Origin: Octopus vulgaris
Lineage: Eukaryota
Reading direction: 5' to 3'
Assembly: GCA_951406725.2 (NCBI GenBank)
Contig: OX597828.1
Span: 64,232,001-64,296,000, forward strand
DNA: 64,000 nucleotides
Part shown: positions 54,106 to 64,000 of the stretch, piece after piece
How positions within the stretch are numbered: position 1 is the first letter of the stretch
Layout: each line of letters starts with the position of its first letter
Program-made: the position numbers and the translations under genes
Notes under the pieces: model-generated
Told to the model about the DNA's origin: nothing
What the model saw: only the letters and a program-made list of their open reading frames with translations
The model's database searches: none

Positions 54106-55169
54106 TATATTGTAATATATTGTAGTATTTTACAACAATATAAGCATTAAATATACTTTCAGATACGGAACTCTTCATAGGTAAGGAGTTAATCCACCCA
54201 GAATACTAATATGTTTATTACAAACCAACAATTATTGATGGGAGATCCACTCGAACTGCTAGAAAGAGGAGCGAAATAGCCCACAAATTACACACATCTA
54301 TATTAGCAAAAGGAGAGTCGAATAAAAAGGAAAATATGAGGAATAAACAGGCCAAGAAGGGCTTTGATTATTAGGTCCGCTAGATCAAAACTGACCTGGG
54401 GATGAATTAAAGCTACGACAATATCAGTAAAAGTCTGGCCTAATGCATCAAACCCTGCAATCTATTGTAAAAAAAAAAGAAAAATGTTGCGGCACATTGG
54501 ATAATGTAGTCAGGAATACATCTGAAAAAGCGGCGTGGTCACTGTTGGAATTCTCTTGATAATAGATGTACATTATCAGGATTTATTTGATAGTGATGGT
54601 GGTGTTGGTGTTGGACAATAGCAAAAACAACATCAACAGTAAGAGCAACTAGCATAGCAACAGTTACACTTGTGGTTGTGTGGCTGTGTTTCCCACCCGT
54701 GTTGTTCTGGGTTCATACATATGTGTATATTTACGTATACATGCATACATACATACATACATACATACATACAAATTAAGAAAAATGGAGATATAGCATT
54801 TAATAAAAATTTGTTATCTGCAAAAATCCATCATATTCTCTTACAGTTGTTTCAATTAAGCCTAAAAGATTAAAATAACATTATTAAATCATTATATTAG
54901 CAAAATCTCATGAGAAGGGTAGAAAAAGATATACCGTTAGGTTATTAGTTGTTGTTACCGAATCATCTCAGCAGACCGAATATTATTTTATGGCCAATAT
55001 TGGTATAAACCTGATTGTTTTAGTGGGTCATGGATAATATGTGAATACAATCAGGGTAATAATTGGTAAATAGATAAATGTTTACCTATTCCCTCATTCA
55101 TTTGATACTGTTATTCACTGTAACTCACTCTTACCTTTATTTACTAATTATTACCCTCTAATATATATA

Positions 55170-55557
55170 TGGATGGAAGCACTCCGTCGGTTACGACAAC
55201 GAGGGTTCCGGTTGATCCGAATCAACGGAACAGCCTGCTCATGAAATTAACGTGTAAGTGGCTGAGCACTCCACAGACACGTGTACCCTTAACGTAGTTC
55301 TCGGGGATATTCAGCGTGACACAGAGAGTGACAAGGCCGGCCCTTTGAAATACAGGTACAACAGAAACAGGAAGTAAGAGTGAGAGAAAGTTGTGGTGAA
55401 AGAGTACAGCAGGGATCACCACCATCCCCTGCCGAAGCCTCGTGGAACTTTTAGGTGTTTTCGCTCAATAAACACTCACAACGTCCGGTCTGGGAATCGA
55501 AACCGCGATCCTATGACCGCGAGTCCGCTGCCTAACCACTGGGCCATTGCGCTCCGT
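55170..55557 (-). mobile_element. Full-length tRNA-derived SINE family C (octopus OR-type)
   Basis: Head GGAGCGCAATGGCCCAGTGGTTAGG (A-box)...GGTTTCGATTCCC (B-box); tail ends GGAGTGCTTCCATCCAT; OR assignment is from recall. Confidence 0.8.
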
Positions 55558-55558
55558 A

Positions 55559-55659
<101 letters not shown>

Positions 55660-56314
55660 AATAAAGATTCAAGTTAATTTAAATGAATTAACTTGAATAT
55701 GCCTAACTTAGATGCACAAAAAAAACTATACTGATTTAACAATACAGTAATGTGGGTGATTATAGCGAGAAGAAGCAACAAGAATGGATAGGTTTGTACA
55801 ATGTTTCATACAGGAGCATAAAGTTGCAAAATTCAAACTTGTACTATCAGTAAAATACATGTGAGTTCTCATCCTAGTGTTGAGGCATACCATGAAGTAA
55901 TGTAGATAATTAAGTAACATATATAAACAGATTTCTAAAGTTCATTAGTTCATTAAAGAGATGAAGTCTTATCACAGAATTTAAAAGTTTTAAAGATCAC
56001 AGAGAAGGTGACTAATCCATAGTGCACATATGAATTTCCAGAGATATGATGAGGGATTACATACTCATATCCCTCATCATATTCTGAAATATATGTCACT
56101 GCTTGTGCTATTAACTTTTTAAACTGTAAAACTACATCATCTTTGAACTTTAATGAACTTTGAAACTGTTTATATTATGTTCTATTTCCATTACTTCATG
56201 GTAGCCTCAACATATGCTAGAGAACTCACTATTTGCTGAATGAACGTTTATATGCATTTGCAACTTTTAAGTCTTGATGGTACTACCTATCCATCTGTTG
56301 CTTCTTTCTCGCTC

Positions 56315-56374
<60 letters not shown>

Positions 56375-56664
56375 GAGTGCTCAGCCACTTACCGTTAATT
56401 TTGAGCAGGCGTTCCGTTGATTCGGATCAACGGAACCCTCGTTGTCGTAACCGACGGAGTGCTTCCATCCATATATATTAGAGGGTAATAATTAGTAAAT
56501 AAAGGTAAGATGAGTTACATGAATAACAGTATCAAATGAATGACGGAATAGGTAAACATTTATCTATTTACCAATTATTACCCTGATTTATTCACATATT
56601 ATCCATGACCCACTAAAACAATCAGGTTTATACCAATATTGGCCATAAAATAATATTCGGTCTG

Positions 56665-56717
<53 letters not shown>

Positions 56718-57463
56718 CTTAAACGAGCATGTTATTGATTGTCAATATCTTAAGAAAAATATATTTATACCTTAGAAAAGTATAGGTTAATGTAAAATTG
56801 TTTTTATTATAACTGAACATAAAAACAAGCATTAACATACACATATATATGTATGTATGTACGCATGTATGTTCTCTTTCACTTTTTAATATCATCTTTC
56901 AAATCTTAAGAAGGTCTTGTAGATTTCTATAGCCCTAGGTATCGTGATCGTTGTGGCATACGAATCACTTTTATGTATTTTTAAACATTTCTTTATTCAA
57001 GCTTTTCTTTATTACTTTTTCTCGCCATGTTTATACATTAAATCATCACTTTTTTTCTTCATTTTACAAACTACTTCCGTCATTTTCCGTTTCCGTTTTC
57101 TCTTTACATGCCATTCATTCTACGCTTACTTCCGGCCAATATCCGTTACAATTGTGTGCAGTCATTACCTCAACACGCGTTTTTCCTCCTGTACTATTAG
57201 TGTCAATTTATATTACAAACTAATTAATATATTTACGTTTATTTAATTCGTTAATTATTTATTATTTTTGTATTCACTTCCTTTTTTTATTTTTATCTGT
57301 CTTCTTCTTATAAACAACTTCCGTGTAATTTTCCCGCAGTTTCCGCCATCTTTTTTTCTTTTCGTTTCTTTTTCATTATATAAAACATGTTAAATGTTTC
57401 ATTTGCTCTTTTCTTTATCTTTATTTTATTCTACATTCCCCTAACACATTCACACAAATACAT

Positions 57464-57520
<57 letters not shown>

Positions 57521-58466
57521 CAGAGAACACATGTGTGCATATATTTAAGTGCATGCATGTGTGTGCATATATGTATGTATTTACACTCATGTCGTGTGTG
57601 TATGTGTGTTTGCTCGTGCGTGCGCGTATTTATTTGAAGTACAAATTTCTTTTTTCGCTGCTCCTCATTTTCTTGTTTCCGGTTAATACGGAATCATGGT
57701 TTCTGGTTCCGATGTTTTGTGCGGCACCTTGGTCAAGTGTCACCTAATATAGTTCCAGGCCGACCAATGCTTGGTGAGTAGATTTGACTGTCAGAAACTG
57801 TGGGATAGCTTATCGAATATATGTGTATACATATATGTGTGTGTGTGTGTGTGTGTTTATATATATACTTCGTTTTTGGATTTGGTTTGCAACGACTATT
57901 GAAAAGGTTGCAAGGCGCAACGAATATTTTAGGAAAGATAAATAGGTAAATGAGTGGAAGCTTAACCGGTGCGTGTGTTAAATAATAAGGCACTAAAAGA
58001 GAATGACTCCCTCCAGAGATAATATTTTAAGCGTGTGTGTTATAGTTGGATGCAAATTATGACCAGATCCTGCCATCATACTACAAGAGCAGATGTGCAT
58101 GCATGTACCAATAAGAGAGAAAATTTACCATTTACGGTGAGTGTTTGGTGCTCAGCTGACCCAACCCGCATATTGGTAACTGTATGAAGTGTTTCGGCTC
58201 ATAGTTCAATTAGTGCTCCTTCCGTTTAAACAACAACAATGATGACATTGTCTGTGACATAAAGTAAGACGTCTAGGACGAGAATGGGTGTCAATAATGG
58301 CATGTCCTAAAAAGCATTTGACTGCTATTTTTGTTTGATCGGCCACAACATATTGAAAGATATCAAAGAATGGATGCCTGGCGAGATTTGAAATCAGAAC
58401 TTAAAGAAATATAACAACGTCAGATATTTTGCACATTGTTCCTTTACTACTACTACTACTACTACA

Positions 58467-58501
<35 letters not shown>

Positions 58502-59400
58502 ATGTACTAACTTTTCGCAGGGTGTTGCATATTTGCCCCCTTGTACTCTGCCCTACCCAACCTCTCCGTCCTCTCCCCACACCACTCAAACCTCGCCTTT
58601 TCTTCACCACCACACCACCACCACCACCGCCGCCGCCGTAACCATCACACCCACGTCCCTACGCAATCTACACCCTACCCACCTATTGTCACCACCCTAC
58701 TACGCCACTATCACCTCTGCACTAGCACCACCACCACCACATCCCCCGTTATCACTAACCAAAAACACTTGTACCACTACCACCACCACCACAACCATTT
58801 CACTCACTGATTACCACCACCAACAACAACATCGCTACTGCCACCACCACCACCACCACCAGCACTACCATCACTCTATACTTTACCTTTGACCGTCCTC
58901 CTCATCCCCATCTCCTCACTTCCATTGCGACTTCTCTCTCTCTCTCTCTCTCTCTCTCCTTCTTTCTCCCTTACACTCTCTCAATTTCTCACCCTCTTTT
59001 CCTGTTATTCTCTCTTCTTCTTGTTTAACACCTTACTATCCATCTATCCTCCCCCCTCTCTCTCTCTCCCTCTATCTATCTATTTCCAATCAATCCTCAC
59101 CGTAGCCATAAATTTCACCCTTTCTTTCTCAGTCTCCTTCTCTCTCTCCTCTTTCTTTCCCTTCTTCAGGTCCCTCTTTTCAGTCTCCACCAACCTCCCA
59201 ACCCTCTTCACCTCCTCCCCCCGCTGCAAAACCACCCGCAAGAACCGATCCCCCTCCTTCACCTTCCACCACCACCCCGCACTTGCTTCTGTTCATCCAC
59301 TCCATTGTAAACCACTGGCTGAAAAACAACGGGTAGCCCTTCCTATCATAATTGCCTTTCGGCAGGGGATAAATGACACACACACACACGCACACACACA

Positions 59401-59439
<39 letters not shown>

Positions 59440-59878
59440 CCACAATCACACACACACATGCACTCAGGCATACACAGATACATACACACGCACACTACCA
59501 CGCACTCTGAATACTATGCGTCCACAAACGCAAACATCACACATCAGGCATTACACACAGAAACAAGCATAAACATCGCTTATTACACACACACACACAC
59601 ACACACGTACGTACAATGAGTTCACATATGCGCACACAGAGACACGCGCACATGCACATACGCAGTTAAGTAAAAAAAAATATATCATCGCACACGCATA
59701 AACACAGAACACACACACACACACAGCCAAACGCACACACACACACACACACACAGACGGACACAAACACAAATACATAAAGAAAATACTGATGCCCACA
59801 GACAGAACCATAAACGGATACACACATATACACACAGGTTCACGTATACATACGAACTCTGTTACACTATCTCAGAGA

Positions 59879-59926
<48 letters not shown>

Positions 59927-60445
59927 AAAATGAAATAATTAAATAAGAATAAAACCAAAAATAATTCTAACAAACCCGTAAAAACTATAAAAATATATTA
60001 AAAAAATTAGCCATCCTCCCACCCCTATACACACACGCTCTTCCCCATCCACCCACCCCGTCCACCTCAAACTGAACCCTACCCGCCAGCCTCCCGTCAC
60101 CCCAATCTTGCACGTGCGATGTACGCTCTTGACTATCTAAAGCTCACTGTTGGTGGGTGACGGTGAGAGGTGTGTGTGTGTGTGTGAGATGGTGGAGGGA
60201 GGTACCCAAAGGGGTGGGTGGCATACCACTCCGACCCACCCATTTACCACCCTAACACACCACAGTAAACATAAACTAAACAAACAAACAAAAACATTTT
60301 TTAAAGAATATTGTCTCTCCTCCTCCTCCTCCTCCTCCTCCTACTACTACTACTACAGTATTTCTCCCCCGTCTCTGTTGGTCTCTCTTTCTCTCACCCG
60401 ATACATCAGTTTCATCTCGCCCATTCTATGTAACCTCTTTCCCAG

Positions 60446-60494
<49 letters not shown>

Positions 60495-60565
60495 CCATCT
60501 ATCTATCTAACTATCCATCTATCTATCTAATAATCCATCTATCTATCTAACTATCCATCCATCTA

Positions 60566-60939
60566 TCTCTCTATATATAAACGGCAGTTTGTCTGTGTGT
60601 GTTTCTGTGTGTCTGTTAGGTTGTACCCTCACCCTGACCACGGCTTTCAACCGATTCTGATGAAACTTGACACACACATAGCCCAATGTCATAATTCAAA
60701 ACTAACGCAGCGAAAATTTTGAAAAGTTCCCCCAGTTCTCAAAAAAATCGATAAATTCGACATGGGGTCGAGAATCAGAAACACAAACCACAGATTGTCA
60801 AGGGGGCGCAACTCGACCTTTTTAACTAAAAAAAAATTTACCATAAATTTTTTTTTCCATTTTTTTGGCTATAACTCTCTAAAAATGCTTTATAGTTATT
60901 TCCCTTACAAACCCGAGCAACGCCGGGCGATACTGCTAG
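60566..60939 (+). mobile_element. Non-autonomous Helitron in a (TATC)n tract
   Basis: A|TCTCTCTATATATAAAC...CCCGAGCAACGCCGGGCGATACTGCTAG|T. Confidence 0.88.
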
Positions 60940-60995
60940 TCTATCTATATATCTATCTACCTATCTATCTACCTATCTATCTATCTATCCACCTG

Positions 60996-61041
<46 letters not shown>

Positions 61042-61067
61042 CATCTGTCTATCAATCTATCCACCTG

Positions 61068-61098
<31 letters not shown>

Positions 61099-61319
61099 GT
61101 CTGTCTGTCTACATATATGTGTATGTGTGTGTGTTAGTGTGTATATACACTTGCATGTATGCATGTATGCATGTATAGGTGTATGCATGAATATGTATAT
61201 GTATGTTTATGAATATATGTGCGCGTGTATTCGTGTATGCATACTGTATGTACAAACATATACATGCATATATGTATATATTCTATATATACATGCATGT
61301 ATGCATATATCTATTTACA

Positions 61320-61734
61320 GGAGTGGCTGTGTGGTAAGTAGCTTGCTTACAAACCACACATTGTTCCGGGTTCAGTCCCACTGCGTGGCACCTAGAGCAA
61401 GTGTCTTCTACTATAGCCTCGGGCCGACCAAAGACTTGTGAGTGGATTTGGTAGACGGAAACTGTACGAAGCCCGTCGTATATATGTATATTTATGTATG
61501 TGTGTGTATATGTTTGAGTGTCTGTGTTGCCCCCCCCCCGCCAACATCGCTTGACAACCGATGCTGGTGTGTTTACGTTCCCGTAACTTAGCGGTTCCGC
61601 AAAAGACACCGATAGAATAAGTAATAGGCTTACAAAGAATAAATCCTGGGGTCGATTTGCTCGACAAAAGGCGGTGGTCCAGTATGGCCGCAGTCAAATG
61701 ACAGAAACACGTAAAAGAGTAAGAGTAAAAAGAG
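61320..61734 (+). mobile_element. Full-length SINE family A
   Basis: A/B boxes, body colinear with 8804-9280, tail TAAAAGAGTAAGAG. Confidence 0.88.
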
Positions 61735-61906
61735 TATATGTACATATATATACAAAGGCAAAATTAATAGAGGTCATATATATGTGTGTGTATATATATT
61801 GATATACGTATATATTTACACACACACATGTATAAATATATATACACATACACATATGGCTGATATACATATATACACATAATACATACATAGATACATA
61901 CATGCA

Positions 61907-62360
61907 TTACTCTATCCAGATTACAAGTTCATGTTTATACCTGTAATTATCGAGGCCCTGGGATATGTATCACACTGCCTAAATACCAATCTTCAGAAAC
62001 TAGAATTCGCAAAACGAGGAAGGAAAATGCTAATTCGAAGACTACAGGTCCAATGCATCACTGGAACTGTAAACATCTGTAAAACTTTCCAGAAGTTTAT
62101 CATTTAAGTATATATGAGCATGTCTTGATATGTAACTATATTCCATGAGGAGACATACATAAAACAAAACATACAAATCTGTACGCATACATACATACAT
62201 ACATACATACATACATACATACATACATACATACATACATACATACATACATACATACACTGTTGTTGATGCTGAAATTCCAGTGAATGAGTCTTGGATC
62301 CAGTTTAGAAACCGGCTCTTTATCAGCAAGAAATCTTGAAATAAAACTGAACAGTGACAT
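61907..62360 (+). mobile_element. 3' end of an RLE LINE (second family) in (CATA)n context
   Basis: Open frame 61907-62107: LLYPDYKFMFIPVIIEALGYVSHCLNTNLQKLEF...LIRRLQVQCITGTVNICKTFQKFII*; absent from the ORF track. Confidence 0.78.
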
Positions 62361-62872
62361 GCGTACATATATATATGATGAGTTGTTTTCCGAATTGGGC
62401 TGTAAAGGAGATCACCGGGGATCGAAACCTGATTGCCTCTCTAAGTTAGTCAGTATATTACACACTGCTTCTTGATGTATGGAGTACTTTATTGTAAATA
62501 GAAATCCCATAATCTTACGGACAAACACAAATGTATATTATACGTACTTATATATATATAATTACATACATATTAACAGACAAGCATGCACGTACACACT
62601 GCATCTGCGCATATGCATATAGATACACATACGCATAAATAATGTGTGACTATATATATATATATATACAGTAAGAACTAATATTTGTCTCTTCTAATAG
62701 AAACAAAAGGGTTTATAAGACTGCAAAAGAAGTGCTCAAATATAAATGAGACGAAGATAAAGAAGCATCGGTTATAGAACAAACATTAAATTTGAGCCAA
62801 CGATTTTCTATATAACACCATACCTCAAACATTTAATCATATATATAAAAAAACACCGTGGTTCCCAAACAC

Positions 62873-63300
62873 GGATCTTTTCGGTTTGAACGGCAGTTTA
62901 TTCTAGCGGTTTCATATGAAATTGTCACCCATAATTATGACCCTAGTATCCATTTATTGCATTTCAATCTGTTTTAGGGTTAGGGTTAGTTAGGGTTAGG
63001 GGTGGGGGAAGGGTATCTTTTTTTCTTCACAAATGCAAATAAACCCAATCTGTTTCTTAAACGAGGGACATACTCATACGGTACAGAATGTTTTTTTTAC
63101 CTCAATGGACGTCATTGATTGGTTGAAATTGCAGAAATTGAAGAAAAAAACAACAAATATCTTACAAACTATAGAATTTTCTCAATAAAGCCAAGAGAAA
63201 AAGATGTTTTATAAACACATTCAACCAGTATACGAAGTTTAAAATTTTTTGGTTACCTAGAAATTATGTTAAAAACTGCCGTTCAAACCGAAAAGATTCC
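62873..63300. mobile_element. MITE with ~27-bp TIRs and 7-9-bp TSD (Merlin- or Mutator-like), internal (TTAGGG)n
   Basis: GGATCTTTTCGGTTTGAACGGCAGTTT / AAACTGCCGTTCAAACCGAAAAGATTCC; (CC)CAAACAC duplicated on both sides. Confidence 0.85.
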
Positions 63301-63511
63301 CAAACACATAAAAATAATAAATATACATAAAAATCACAGAAGATAAAAGTATATAATCGAATAAAATACAAATAGAACGGCCAATCAGAAATGTTAAATA
63401 TAACCTGCTAAAAATTCAAAAACTACCAAAATAAACCTAATAGACAAATAGAAAAAAAGTAAATATAAAAATAAAATAAAATAAAATATTTGAAAAAGTC
63501 TTTGACTTCCC

Positions 63512-64000
63512 GGATCTTTTCCTTTTGAACGGCACTTTGTAACATAATTTCTAGGTAACTAAAAAGTTTTATTCTTCGTATACTGATAGAATGTGTTTAT
63601 AAAACATAATTTTTTCTCTTGGCTTTATTGAGAAAATTCTATAGTTTGTAAGATATTTCGTTTTTAATTTCGAGCGTTTCGGCAATTTTAACCAATCGCT
63701 GACGTCCATTTAGGTAAATAACATTCTCTGCATAATGAATGTGTCCCTCGTTTAAGAAACAGATTGGGTTTATTTACATTTGTGAAGAAAAAAAGATACC
63801 CTTCCCCAACCTCTAACCCTAACTCTAACCCTAACTAACCAAATCTAACCCTAAATCTAAAATAGATTGAAATGCAATAGATTCAATACTAGGGCCATAA
63901 TTATGGGTGACATTTTCATTTGACACCGCTAGAAAAAAATCCCATTTTCCGTAGCGGTGTCGTATGAAATTGTCATCCATAATTATAACCCTAGTATCGA
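63512..64000. mobile_element. Second, inverted copy of the same MITE and the start of a third
   Basis: 63512-63938 is the diverged reverse complement of 62873-63300; 63953 onward restarts TAGCGGTGTCGTATGAAATTGTC. Confidence 0.8.

Noticed and set aside
55480-55557. tRNA gene
   Set aside because: The A/B boxes continue into a SINE body with no 3' acceptor stem or terminator.
60091-60170. CCGTCACCC/GGGTGACGG stem enclosing CCAAT and CACGTG, as pre-miRNA or promoter
   Set aside because: Only about 9-12 bp pair, the interior is unpaired, and no linked exon supports a promoter.

Overview
This is AT-rich, repeat-saturated eukaryotic DNA, not prokaryotic. The SINE families and microsatellite load point to a cephalopod, most likely Octopus; this is inferred from recalled repeat sequences, not from a search. 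I could not identify any host protein-coding gene with confidence, and most ORFs in the track are translated microsatellites. The window contains: decayed restriction-like-endonuclease (RLE) LINEs of R4/Dong type sitting in (TAA)n or (CATA)n repeats; CR1-group LINE fragments, one with an intact 411-aa RT frame; a full-length decayed mariner; a pogo/Tigger remnant; non-autonomous Helitrons; MITEs; three tRNA-derived SINE families; and two coding Penelope-like elements (Neptune-like and Naiad-like). The most striking pattern is about 18 hammerhead-ribozyme (HHR)-like motifs from many unrelated short elements, mostly wedged into (TA)n tracts. Several of these elements form fold-back palindromes whose breakpoints fall in ribozyme helices, and non-canonical cores recur (U3-A8 covariation, CCGANGA). 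One 1.7-kb mirror region (54968-56667) looks like a long-read assembly artefact. Coordinates were counted by hand and may be off by a few bases.
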